Origin: Candidatus Hydrogenedentota bacterium
GTDB lineage: Bacteria > Hydrogenedentota > Hydrogenedentia > Hydrogenedentales > SLHB01
Direction: 5' to 3'
Length of the DNA stretch: 64,000 nt
Assembly (NCBI GenBank): GCA_963745075.1
Contig: CAVUWV010000015.1
Location: forward strand, 32,001-96,000
The notes below the pieces were generated by a model. That model did no database searches and had not been told where the DNA came from. It saw only the letters and a program-made list of their open reading frames with translations. This document shows positions 11,724 through 21,190 of this stretch, in pieces; positions within the stretch are counted from its first letter, which is position 1; each line of letters opens with the position of its first letter. A program made the position numbers and the translations under genes.

Positions 11724-12308
11724 TCAAACAAAATAGATTAGAACGAACGTCACAACGGACATGAGACCCAGAAACTGCCAGTACAGCCCCAAACATTCCA
11801 GCCGATTGACATACTGCCGACGGTCCCGCAGCACGAGACCTCTGCCCAGTGTCGCCAGGTAAAACGCAACCAGAACGCCTGCAACGATGTGAAACCGAAG
11901 GAGGCCAGTCAACAGGTAATACATGCCGTAGAAGGTGCTTGTCGCCGCAACGACGCCGCCTGAACCCACGATGCGGTGTTCTATGGCGATCAACAGGATA
12001 GATCCGGCACCAAGCGCTATGGATACCCACAACCAAATCACTTCCCGGTTCTTGGAAGCGCGAACCCAGGCGTTCGCGCCCGCGATTGCCAGCAGGATCA
12101 CGCAGAGCACGTTCGCCGCACCAATTCCGGTAGGCAAGACCGCGCTGCCCTTTGGCCATTCCGTCGCCGCCGTTCGGAGAAAGACGTAGCTCGAGAACAG
12201 CGCGCCGAAAAACATGGTTTCCGCCGCCAGGAAAAGCCACGTACCGACTTTGGCGTTATAGAGCCCCGTATCCGGGCGCGGTTCGCTGGTGTAAGGCACC
12301 GCGCTCAT
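11724..12308 (-). CDS. coxC: Cytochrome c oxidase subunit III (short form)
   Basis: GTWLFLAAETMFFGALFSSY, FYGMYYLLTG, GLYWQF. ATGA overlap with the coxA stop. Confidence 0.85.
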   Translation of the reverse strand: MSAVPYTSEPRPDTGLYNAKVGTWLFLAAETMFFGALFSSYVFLRTAATEWPKGSAVLPTGIGAANVLCVILLAIAGANAWVRASKNREVIWLWVSIALGAGSILLIAIEHRIVGSGGVVAATSTFYGMYYLLTGLLRFHIVAGVLVAFYLATLGRGLVLRDRRQYVNRLECLGLYWQFLGLMSVVTFVLIYFV

Positions 12309-14053
12309 GCTTCCTCCGGCTGCCACTGCGGCGTGAAGTCTTCGGCCTGCCCGGGAACGCTGTATTCGTTGGGTCCGCGATAGGCCTTCACCGGCTGGTC
12401 GAAATTTCCTGCGAATCGCGGCGGTGAGGACGTCTGCCATTCCAGCGTCGTGGCGTCCCACGGGTTCGCCGCAATCTTCGGGCCCCACTTGAGGCTGTAG
12501 AAGAAATTGATGATGAACGGAATCTGTACAACCGCCAGCGCAAAGGCCGAATGGGTAGCGACCTTGTTGAGAAAGAAGATCTCCTGTCCGAAACCGTACG
12601 TGGCGCCGCCATCGTACAACCGCCGCGACACGCCACCCAAGCCCTGCAGCAACATCGGAATGAAGATCGCGTTCATGAACAGCAGCGACGGCCAGAAATG
12701 TACCTTGCCCAAGAAATCGTTCATCTTTCGGCCGGTCACTTTCGGGAACCAGTAGTAGATGCCGGCGAAGATGGCGAACAATGTGCCGGGCGCGACGATG
12801 TAATGAAAGTGGCCGATAACGTAGTACGTATCGTGCAGTTCGATGTTGGTCGCCGACAAGGCCAAGGGCAATCCCGTGAGCCCGCCGATGCCGAACATGG
12901 GTAAAAACGCGAGGGCAAAAAGCATCGGCACCGTAAACCGGATCGACCCGCCCCAAAGGGATACCAGCAACGACGTTGCAAGAATGATGGACGGGATCGA
13001 GATGATCAGCGTCGTAGCTTGGAAGAAGGTGCTGATGGTCGTGCCCATGCCGGTAAGGAACATGTGGTGCGCCCACACGATCATGGACATAAAACCCATG
13101 AACACCGCCGCGCCAACCATGCCCTTATACCCCCAAAGCGGTTTGCGCGTATTGTTCGCGATGATCTCCGCGATGATGCCGAAGGCAGGAAGGATCAGGA
13201 CATACACTTCCGGATGAGCGAGAAACCAGAACAGATGCTGCCACAGCAGCGCGCTTCCGCCTCCGCTCACTTCCAGGGGCTTGCCGGAAACGATGAGCCC
13301 CGACGGCAGGAAGAAGCTCGTGCCTTTCAGCCGATCCATGAGCTGCAAGGCCGCCGCCGCCGCAAGCGGGGGAAAGGCCAAGAGCAGGAGATACGCCGTC
13401 ACCAACTGTCCCCACACAAAGAACGGCAAGCGCATCAGCGTGAGACCTTCCGTGCGAAGCTGGACGACCGTTGTGATGATATTAATCGCCAGGAACAGCG
13501 AGGACAGATACACGAGCGCGATCCCGATAAGCCAGGCAGTCTGACCGCTCAACTCGATCGTCGAGAGGGGCGGATAGCCGGTCCAGCCGGAATTGGCGGG
13601 ACCCTGCGCCGTGAAGAAACTCGCGCCGATAACGATGATTCCGCCGAGGTAGCAGAGATACCCCGCGCGGCTCAGCCGGGGAAAGGCCAGGTTCGGCGCG
13701 CCGACCATGAGCGGGACCAGGTAGGTGCCGAACCCGCCGACCAGCAACGGTACGACGGCGAGAAACACCATGAAGGTGCCGTGCATGGCGCCGAGTTGGT
13801 TGTAGAAATTCGGCAGCATTACGCCGCCGGGCATGCGCAGGTCGTTGTCGCCAAAGAATCGGCCGAGAAGCGGCACGGGTTGTCCCGGATACGCCAACTG
13901 CCACCGCATGAGGAGCACGAAACAGAAGGCGACAAACAGCATCACCAGCGCCGTAAGGCCGTACTGAATGCCGATCACCTTATGGTCGCAGGAAATGACG
14001 CGCCGGAACCAGCCGGCCTGCGGCCGTTCCGAATCGATACTGCTGTTCGTCAT
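12305..14053 (-). CDS. coxA: Cytochrome c oxidase subunit I (A-type haem-copper oxidase)
   Basis: DHKVIG, MHGTFMVF, GWTGYPPLS, HLFWFLAHPEVY, WAHHMF, HDTYYVIGHFHY, GVSRR. Confidence 0.95.
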   Translation of the reverse strand: MTNSSIDSERPQAGWFRRVISCDHKVIGIQYGLTALVMLFVAFCFVLLMRWQLAYPGQPVPLLGRFFGDNDLRMPGGVMLPNFYNQLGAMHGTFMVFLAVVPLLVGGFGTYLVPLMVGAPNLAFPRLSRAGYLCYLGGIIVIGASFFTAQGPANSGWTGYPPLSTIELSGQTAWLIGIALVYLSSLFLAINIITTVVQLRTEGLTLMRLPFFVWGQLVTAYLLLLAFPPLAAAAALQLMDRLKGTSFFLPSGLIVSGKPLEVSGGGSALLWQHLFWFLAHPEVYVLILPAFGIIAEIIANNTRKPLWGYKGMVGAAVFMGFMSMIVWAHHMFLTGMGTTISTFFQATTLIISIPSIILATSLLVSLWGGSIRFTVPMLFALAFLPMFGIGGLTGLPLALSATNIELHDTYYVIGHFHYIVAPGTLFAIFAGIYYWFPKVTGRKMNDFLGKVHFWPSLLFMNAIFIPMLLQGLGGVSRRLYDGGATYGFGQEIFFLNKVATHSAFALAVVQIPFIINFFYSLKWGPKIAANPWDATTLEWQTSSPPRFAGNFDQPVKAYRGPNEYSVPGQAEDFTPQWQPEEA

Positions 14054-14160
14054 GGGTACCCCTGAGCGTAGCGATCAAAACGAGCGAGAAGGGAGAATCC
14101 ACCAGGAAAGCGGCAATAGTAAAACGATTCCCTGTCCGTGGATCAAATTCACGGCAAAAT

Positions 14161-14204
14161 CGAAAGAAAAGGCGGAGGACGACAGAACGGCCATCGTCCT
14201 CCGC
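14161..14204 (-). terminator. Rho-independent terminator between the cupredoxin-like gene and coxA
   Basis: gcggaggacga/tcgtcctccgc 11-bp stem followed on the minus strand by CTTTTCTTT. Confidence 0.65.
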
Positions 14205-14220
14205 GCTAAGAGATGAATTC

Positions 14221-14943
14221 TTATTTGCGTTTCGGACGCTCGAACGTGAAGTCCTGCTTGACCGGAGCGCCCTCGCTAACAGTCACCATCGCGGTCTGGG
14301 CGGGCAACCGCTCGTGCCACGCGGTGATTTCGTATTCGCCCGGCTCCAATCCGTCAATCGTGTAGACGCCGTCCTTTTGCGTGATGTCGTAGAAGGGATT
14401 GTCCAGCACCGCACAGTAAGCGTGCATCCAGCGATGAATGTCGCACTTGATCTCGAAAGGTTTCTCGGCCTTCGGCAGCTTGACCTCGATCTCCTTCAAC
14501 GAGGGCGGCATGGCCCGGTTGAACGGCGTATTGTCCTCCGGCATGCCGTGGACGTTATGCATGATGCCGTCCGGATTGAGGATCTTCAGGGTCTGGTCCG
14601 GGTGTAAGACAAACACCCGCGGTTTGTACTGACATCCCTCCTGGGTCAGGATCACCGGCTCGCTCGGGGCCGGGTACTCCTTGTCCGGAAGCCCCTTCGT
14701 GACGCGCACCAGGATATTCCCCATCGTCTGGCCTTCGCCCAGGACGAGGACTTCATTCACAGGGGGATTGTCTTTGTGCATGGCCGCGCAGGCCGGGTCC
14801 GACGACACGTCGATGGGCGGCAGTTTGGGCACCTCGCCCGAGTATTTCACCACGCCGGTGACGCTGCCCGCCATTGCACTCATCGAAAGAATCAACGCCG
14901 CACACGCGACGATACCGGGAATACGGATTGTGCTTGCGTTCAT
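14221..14943 (-). CDS. Secreted carboxypeptidase-regulatory-like / cupredoxin-like protein
   Basis: Signal peptide; QEGCQYKP, HNVH...CDIHRWM, GEYEITAWHE. AAGGAG RBS. Confidence 0.75.
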   Translation of the reverse strand: MNASTIRIPGIVACAALILSMSAMAGSVTGVVKYSGEVPKLPPIDVSSDPACAAMHKDNPPVNEVLVLGEGQTMGNILVRVTKGLPDKEYPAPSEPVILTQEGCQYKPRVFVLHPDQTLKILNPDGIMHNVHGMPEDNTPFNRAMPPSLKEIEVKLPKAEKPFEIKCDIHRWMHAYCAVLDNPFYDITQKDGVYTIDGLEPGEYEITAWHERLPAQTAMVTVSEGAPVKQDFTFERPKRK

Positions 14944-15213
14944 GACCGATTGATACTCCTTACACCTGGAACAACTACTTCGGGTACGCCTTGCAGTGCG
15001 CATAGCGGAAAACCCTAGCAAATGTGGCCACGCCGGTCAAACGGACGGAGCGGAATGATTGGTGCAAGCGTTGGACATCCAAAACGGGGATGGTATTCAA
15101 CTGCCCTCTTGGCATCTCAACATAACAGTGGTACGATGAAGCCGGTGAGCGTCGCTGAATTCCGTTTCGTGGGCTATTCCGCACCTGCGGTGCCTTGGAA
15201 GGAGTTTTTCATC

Positions 15214-15681
15214 ATGGCAAGCGAACCTGGAGAAGCCAGTAAATCCCGGAGGTACTGGATCAGTAATTGGTCGGGGGTATTCCCATATTTCATATCAATA
15301 TTCCTTGTGTTGGTGTTCGCCTCCTGCGATACGATCAATGCTCACCGGATCATTGTAGAACGTCAGAAGGTGCAAGATACGTTCGAGCCGATCCCGGATA
15401 CACTGTTGGTGACCGTGCGAACCACTTTGGAGACTTTCGGCCTAACGCAGACCAGCGTCAGCGATGTGCGGGAAGAGTGGCGTTGGAGGGAACCGGACAA
15501 TCCTCCGGGCCTTTGGGTAAACATTCAACAAATCAATTCATCCTTCGAAATTGGATTGTCCCAGGATCTATTCGGTCCAATTGGTCCGACTGAGAAGTAT
15601 CAGAGGGTCAAGACCGCACTTATCGACGCGGTGGAATCGGTAGTAGGCAAGAATCAGGTGCGAGTCAAGAAAGGTTACTAA
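15214..15681 (+). CDS. Hypothetical lipoprotein
   Basis: AAGGAG RBS; hydrophobic stretch ending in FASC lipobox; visibly lower GC than neighbours. Confidence 0.55.
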   Translation: MASEPGEASKSRRYWISNWSGVFPYFISIFLVLVFASCDTINAHRIIVERQKVQDTFEPIPDTLLVTVRTTLETFGLTQTSVSDVREEWRWREPDNPPGLWVNIQQINSSFEIGLSQDLFGPIGPTEKYQRVKTALIDAVESVVGKNQVRVKKGY

Positions 15682-15760
15682 ACGCGCTCGACCCTTTGGC
15701 CTCACCGACTACCATCCAGTATAGTCCTCGTAAACGAATCTAAACGGGGAGTAGTAACTG

Positions 15761-17836
15761 ATGCGTTTTGTCCTTGTTGTCCTTGTCGGTCTCTTGGTTC
15801 CTCTTGCGGCCTTGGCCGATCCTGCGGAGTCCATTCCAGAGACGGACAAGCGCTGGCTGGTCTATCCCGACGGTATGCCCGAAGAGGCGAACGCCCTCCG
15901 CTTCACGATCGACGCGTGCAGCGAGGCCCTTGCCCAACGCACGGACCCAGCATCAAAGGAGGAATGGGACGCCCGCGCATCGCACGTGCGCACGGCTCTC
16001 GCCCAGGGATTGGGACTCGACCCCATGCCGGAGCGGACTCCTCTGAACGCGCGGGTCACCGGCACGGCAGATCGCGAACTGTACACCATTGAAAATGTGG
16101 TCTTCGAGAGCCGTCCGAACTTCTACGTGACCGCGAACGTCTACATTCCCAAGAACGTGACGTTGCCCGCGTCCGCCATTGTCATTGTGGCCGGACACGA
16201 CATGGACAACGGCAAGAATTGTCCGACCTACCAGATGGCGCATCTCGGTCTCGTGCGCCAGGGATTCATCGTCATGGCCCACGACCCCATCGGTCAGGGC
16301 GAGCGGAAGCTACCCGGCTTCGGCCACGAACTGGGCTACGGCTCGCTGCTTGTGGGGCAGACCAACGAAGGCTACATCGTGTGGGACACGATCCGCGCCA
16401 TCGACTACCTCACCAGCCGTGACGATGTCGATGCCAGCAGTATTGGGCTTTGCGGGAATTCCGGCGGCGGGGAAAACACCTTCTACACGATGCCCTTCGA
16501 CGATCGCATCCGGGTGGGCGGCTCCTTCTCGTTTGTCTGCTCCTACGAGGAGTGGCTGAAACACGGCGGCAATCACTGCATCTGCAACCATTTACCAGGG
16601 ATCGTGCACGAGATGGAGGAATTCGAAATCATCGGACTTAACGCACCGCGCCCGTTCATGTTCGGCAACGGCGCCAAGGACACGATTTTCCCCATCGCGG
16701 GAGTGCGCGAAACCTACGAGCGCATACAGAATCTCTACAGCCTCGTCGCGACCAAAGATCGCGTTCGCAGCGTGGAGGCGGACGAACCGCACGGCTGGTC
16801 GCAGCCCCTGCGCGAGGCCTGTTATGGCTGGATGAATCTCTGGCTGCGCGATGAAGGCAACGGAGATCCGGTGCCGGAACCCAAATACGAAAGCGAAGAC
16901 CCGAAGATCAACGACCTCCTCTGCCTCGACGGCGGGACGATGCCCGAAGGCTACGAAACAGTCGTGACGCTGAACCAGAAGCTTGCAGATGTGCTGCGTG
17001 CAAGATACGCGACGCCTCCCGATTCAAAGGAAGCATGGGAAGCACTTGCTCCAAAGTGGCGCGAAGAGGTGTGGTCCGTCCTGGGTGGGCGGCCCGACCC
17101 GTTCACGCCCACAGCCCGCGTCGTCAATGCGTTCGAGTCGGACGGTCTGCACGTCGAAGTGCTCGCCATCACCACGGAACCGGGGATGGAAGTCGGCGCG
17201 GTCTTCACGCGTCAGGTTGGCGCGAATGGCCCGACGCCCGCTACCGTCTTCATCGGTGGGCACGACGACAAACGCACGGCCATCCTCGAAGGTTACGCCG
17301 CGGACACCGTGAAGAGCGGCAACGCCGTATTGGTGCTCGACCCGCGCGCCACCGGCGAGGCCACGTGGCACGATAACCACATCACAAGCACCGCCATCTG
17401 CCTGGGCCGGCCCATCTTTGCGCAGCAAGTCTGGGATGTCCTCCAGGCCGGTCGCTATCTCGCGGCGCGGGATGACATCATCGACGACGCCGTCATGTGC
17501 CACGGCGTCGACACCGGCGGCGTCATGGCCGTATACGCTGCGGCGCTCGACAATGTCTTCGCCGGAGTTTACGCCGCGGACGTGCTCGCCAGTTATCGAT
17601 ACTTCATCGAAGATGAACAACCCCAGTCGATCACGCTCTGCGTCCCGAGCATCCTGAAGACCATCGACATCCCGCAACTCGTCGCCCTCGCCGCACCGAC
17701 ACCGATACAGATCGACAACCCAGACGGGTATGGCAAACGGCCACTGGACGCCGCCGCCCTTGGCAAGGAATTCACTTTCGCGACAACGACGTATGCGTTG
17801 ATGGGCGTTCAGGATAACATTCAACTCGGATCGTGA
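15761..17836 (+). CDS. Secreted acetylxylan-esterase-like tandem alpha/beta hydrolase
   Basis: ENVVFESRP, DPIGQGER, GNSGGG nucleophile motif, HCICNH; second degenerate hydrolase domain. Confidence 0.8.
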   Translation: MRFVLVVLVGLLVPLAALADPAESIPETDKRWLVYPDGMPEEANALRFTIDACSEALAQRTDPASKEEWDARASHVRTALAQGLGLDPMPERTPLNARVTGTADRELYTIENVVFESRPNFYVTANVYIPKNVTLPASAIVIVAGHDMDNGKNCPTYQMAHLGLVRQGFIVMAHDPIGQGERKLPGFGHELGYGSLLVGQTNEGYIVWDTIRAIDYLTSRDDVDASSIGLCGNSGGGENTFYTMPFDDRIRVGGSFSFVCSYEEWLKHGGNHCICNHLPGIVHEMEEFEIIGLNAPRPFMFGNGAKDTIFPIAGVRETYERIQNLYSLVATKDRVRSVEADEPHGWSQPLREACYGWMNLWLRDEGNGDPVPEPKYESEDPKINDLLCLDGGTMPEGYETVVTLNQKLADVLRARYATPPDSKEAWEALAPKWREEVWSVLGGRPDPFTPTARVVNAFESDGLHVEVLAITTEPGMEVGAVFTRQVGANGPTPATVFIGGHDDKRTAILEGYAADTVKSGNAVLVLDPRATGEATWHDNHITSTAICLGRPIFAQQVWDVLQAGRYLAARDDIIDDAVMCHGVDTGGVMAVYAAALDNVFAGVYAADVLASYRYFIEDEQPQSITLCVPSILKTIDIPQLVALAAPTPIQIDNPDGYGKRPLDAAALGKEFTFATTTYALMGVQDNIQLGS

Positions 17837-17925
17837 CGTCCGAGGTTTCCGCAGTGCCATTGTGGCCCAATCTTCGAATTGCCACCGATGAGCAAGTGTC
17901 CTGAACGGCGCTATCACGCTGAAAG

Positions 17926-18002
17926 ATGTAGCGCAGGCGTCTCGCCTGCAAGATTCGGCGGTCCAAACAAATCACGATGGATGCGAGACGCCTGCGCTAC
18001 AT
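17926..18002. repeat. GTAG-family REP doublet (REPIN-like inverted repeat)
   Basis: atgtagcgcaggcgtctcgc ... gcgagacgcctgcgctacat is a perfect 20-bp IR. The left unit gcaggcg-tct-cgcctgc is itself a hairpin. Confidence 0.75.
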
Positions 18003-18029
18003 TCTCGACTCGTGTTGAAGGCCACCGCC

Positions 18030-18058
18030 TTGCACGTGCGTAGCGTACGTGGTAGGCT
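18030..18058 (+). promoter_or_regulatory. Putative sigma-70 promoter for the CxxCH dehydrogenase
   Basis: TTGCAC-17 nt-TAGGCT, with TG just upstream of the -10 box. Confidence 0.4.
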
Positions 18059-18151
18059 CCCCCCTTTAACGCCTCGAGCTGCAAGAGGCGCCTGGTCGGT
18101 CGCGGTACACGCCGCAGTTACTCACGAATAACGCAAGAGGTGGTTTGATCT

Positions 18152-21100
18152 ATGTACTTGACGAACATCCGTTTGTCGCGCAACGCCGTGCTCGCGGTAT
18201 GCCTCTGCGTTGCGCCGGTATTTGCGGTCGCGCAGGACGCGACGGCTGAAAAGGACAGTGTTGATCGCGATTACAGCGAGGAACTTCCCCGCATCCCGCC
18301 GACGGAACCCCAGGACGCCTTATCGACCTTCAAGGTCCGTCCCGGCTTTCAGATGGAGTTGGTAGCGGCGGAGCCGCTTGTGCGCGATCCCATTGCCATG
18401 GCCTTTGACGAGCAGGGTCGTCTGTTTGTCGTCGAGATGCGCGGCTACTCCGAAGAGCGGGACGAAAACATCGGCGAAATCCGCATGCTGGAGGACATGG
18501 ACGGCGACGGCATCTACGACAAGGCTTCGACCTACGTCGGTGGCCTGGCATGGCCGACGGCCGTAGCCTGCTACGACGGCGGCGTGTTCGTAGGCGTTCC
18601 GCCGGACATCCTCTACTGCAAAGACACGGACGGCGACGGCCAGGCGGACACCAAGGAAGTTGTCTTCACCGGTTTCAACCTCACCAACGTCCAAGGTCTG
18701 TTAAACACTTTTCTCTGGGGCCTCGACGCGCGCATTCACGGCGCTACCAGCAGCTCCGGCGCGGATGTTCGCCCGGCCGATGACCTGTCCCGCTTGCCCA
18801 TCTCGCTCCGCGGCCGCGATTTCAGCTTCGACCCGAAGACACGGGATTTTCGCCCGGAAAGCGGCGGCGGCCAGCACGGCATGAGCTTCAACGACTGGGG
18901 CCGGAAGTTCGTCTGCTCCAACAGCGACCATATCCAGCTCGTCATGTTTGACGACGCCTACATCGATCGCAACCCCTATCTCGCCGCTCCGGGTCCGCGC
19001 GTCAGCATCGCCGTGGACGGGCCGGCGGCGGACGTATTCCGCATCAGCCCCGTCGAGCCGTGGCGCATCGTTCGCACGCGACTCCGGGTTAAGGGACTCG
19101 TTCCAGGTCCGGTCGAAGGCGGCGGAACAGCTGCGGGCTACTTCACCAGCGCCACGGGCATCACGATCTATCGCGGCGACGCCTGGCCCGAGGAATATCG
19201 TGGGAACGCGATCATTGGCGACGTAGGCGGCAACCTCATCCATCGAAAAGTCATCTCGCCCAACGGCGTCGAGCTTTCGGCGCAACGAGCAAAGGGCGAA
19301 GAAAAGGTCGAGTTTATCGCGTCCAAAGATATCTGGTTCCGCCCCGTCCAGTTTGCGAACGGCCCCGATGGCAACTTGTACGTGGCCGACATGTACCGCG
19401 AAGTCATCGAACATCCGGATAGCCTTCCGCCGGTCATCAAGAAGCACCTGGACCTGAACGCCGGACGTGACCGGGGCCGGATCTACCGGATCGTGCCCAC
19501 GGATTTTGAACAACCCACCATCCCCAATCTTGGAGCTGCATCTTCGCAGGATCTCGTGAAGCTCCTCGATCATCCCAACGAATGGCATCGCGAAACGGCC
19601 GCGCGCCTGCTCTACGAACGCGAGGCAAAGGACGTTGCTCCGGACATCCGTAAGTTGTTTGCCAATTCGACGAGTCCCGCCGGCCGCATCCAAGCCCTGC
19701 ACACGCTGGCGAATCTCGGTGCATTGGACCCGGATACCATCTCCAAAGGCCTGAAGGACATTGACTCCCACGTGCGCGAACACGCGGTGCAGCTATCGGA
19801 GCCGCTTCTCCCGGACAACGGCTCCTTGCGGAATCAGGTCATCGCGTTGGCGACCGATCCGGACCTCCTCGTCCAGTACCAGGTCGCGTTCTCGCTCGGT
19901 GAATGCAAGGGCTCGGACCGAAACCGGGCACTGGCTGGCATCGCGAGGCAACACAGCGACGATCGGTGGTTCAAACTGGCGGTGCTGAGTTCGGCTGTCT
20001 ATGGTTCCGGCGAAGTATTCGCCGCGTTGGCGGATGATGCGGACTATCGCGCCAGCGACGCGGGCCGGTCGTTTCTCGAGGATCTCGCGTTGCAGGTCGG
20101 CGCGACGGGACTCGAATCCGACGTGGCCCTTGCGCTGCAACGAATCGATGGATTGCCTTCCGGCGAGGACGCGCTGGCCCAGAATGCCGTTCGCGGACTG
20201 ATCCAGGGTATGAAACAGGCGGGTAAGGGCGGTCAGGCCCAAAGTGTGCTGGCCAAGAGCGAACGGGCCGAAGCATTGCTTGCCCAAATGCTCGCATCGG
20301 CACATGACGTGGCGGGCGACACCGATCAAGTCGTCGCCAAGCGCGTCGACGCGATTCAGACCATGGCATTCGACACGTACGAGAACAGCCGAGACTTGCT
20401 ATTCTCCCTGCTCGACCAACGTCAACCAGTCGAGGTGCAGCGTGCGGCGCTGGCGACTTTGCGGAAATTCGACAATCTCGAAATCGCCAAGGCCATCCTG
20501 GATGCGTGGCCAGGAATGACACCACCCCTGCGGGCCCAGGCCGTCGAAGCGCTCTTCTCCCGCGAGCCGTGGCTGGTCGCCATGTTGGACGCCATCGAGG
20601 ACGGTTCCTTCCGCGCGGCGAACCTGGACTCGGTTCGGGTGCGTTCCCTCTTGGCCTACGACAACGCCGATATTAAGACTCAGGCTCAGGCGGCATTCGC
20701 CGATTATGACTTGGGGTCGCGCCAGGATATCGTGGACGCCTATCAAGATGTGTTGAACATGAAAGGCGATCCCGGGCGTGGCAAGGCCGTGTTCACGGAG
20801 AACTGCAGTAAGTGCCACCGCTTACAGGGTGTTGGCTTCGAAGTGGGTCCGGACCTCTCGACCGTCGCGCAAGCGGGGCCGGACAAGATTCTGACGAACG
20901 TGCTCGATCCCAACCGGGAAGTGAACCCCCAATACGTCAATTACACCATCGATACGACCGATTGGGAATCGCACAGTGGTATCATTGCCTCGGAAACCGC
21001 CACGAGCATTACCCTCAAACGGGCCAATGGCGAGACTGACACGGTGTTGCGCGTGAATATTGAGGACATTAAGAGCGATAATCTGACTATCATGCCGGAG

Positions 21101-21169
21101 GGCTGGGAGCAGACCATCAGCAAACAGGATTTGGCAAACCTGATCGCGTACCTGACGTCGCTCAAATAG
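18152..21169 (+). CDS. PVC-type membrane-bound dehydrogenase with beta-propeller, HEAT repeats and C-terminal haem c
   Basis: LVAAEPLVRDPIAMAFD, WFRPVQFANGPDG, RGRIYRI, HEAT-like repeats, CSKCH, GPDL, MPEG. Confidence 0.9.
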   Translation: MYLTNIRLSRNAVLAVCLCVAPVFAVAQDATAEKDSVDRDYSEELPRIPPTEPQDALSTFKVRPGFQMELVAAEPLVRDPIAMAFDEQGRLFVVEMRGYSEERDENIGEIRMLEDMDGDGIYDKASTYVGGLAWPTAVACYDGGVFVGVPPDILYCKDTDGDGQADTKEVVFTGFNLTNVQGLLNTFLWGLDARIHGATSSSGADVRPADDLSRLPISLRGRDFSFDPKTRDFRPESGGGQHGMSFNDWGRKFVCSNSDHIQLVMFDDAYIDRNPYLAAPGPRVSIAVDGPAADVFRISPVEPWRIVRTRLRVKGLVPGPVEGGGTAAGYFTSATGITIYRGDAWPEEYRGNAIIGDVGGNLIHRKVISPNGVELSAQRAKGEEKVEFIASKDIWFRPVQFANGPDGNLYVADMYREVIEHPDSLPPVIKKHLDLNAGRDRGRIYRIVPTDFEQPTIPNLGAASSQDLVKLLDHPNEWHRETAARLLYEREAKDVAPDIRKLFANSTSPAGRIQALHTLANLGALDPDTISKGLKDIDSHVREHAVQLSEPLLPDNGSLRNQVIALATDPDLLVQYQVAFSLGECKGSDRNRALAGIARQHSDDRWFKLAVLSSAVYGSGEVFAALADDADYRASDAGRSFLEDLALQVGATGLESDVALALQRIDGLPSGEDALAQNAVRGLIQGMKQAGKGGQAQSVLAKSERAEALLAQMLASAHDVAGDTDQVVAKRVDAIQTMAFDTYENSRDLLFSLLDQRQPVEVQRAALATLRKFDNLEIAKAILDAWPGMTPPLRAQAVEALFSREPWLVAMLDAIEDGSFRAANLDSVRVRSLLAYDNADIKTQAQAAFADYDLGSRQDIVDAYQDVLNMKGDPGRGKAVFTENCSKCHRLQGVGFEVGPDLSTVAQAGPDKILTNVLDPNREVNPQYVNYTIDTTDWESHSGIIASETATSITLKRANGETDTVLRVNIEDIKSDNLTIMPEGWEQTISKQDLANLIAYLTSLK

Positions 21170-21190
21170 GTCCGCGAAGGAGAATGCAGT

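Noticed and set aside
11724..13076. 450-aa ORF as an extended subunit III
   Set aside because: Its N-terminal part overlaps coxA out of frame. The real start is the ATG at 12308.
14136..14154. Palindrome CCGTGGATCAAATTCACGG upstream of coxA as an FNR/CRP/Rex box
   Set aside because: The spacing does not fit TTGAT-N4-ATCAA, TGTGA-N6-TCACA or the Rex consensus, so it is too weak to call.
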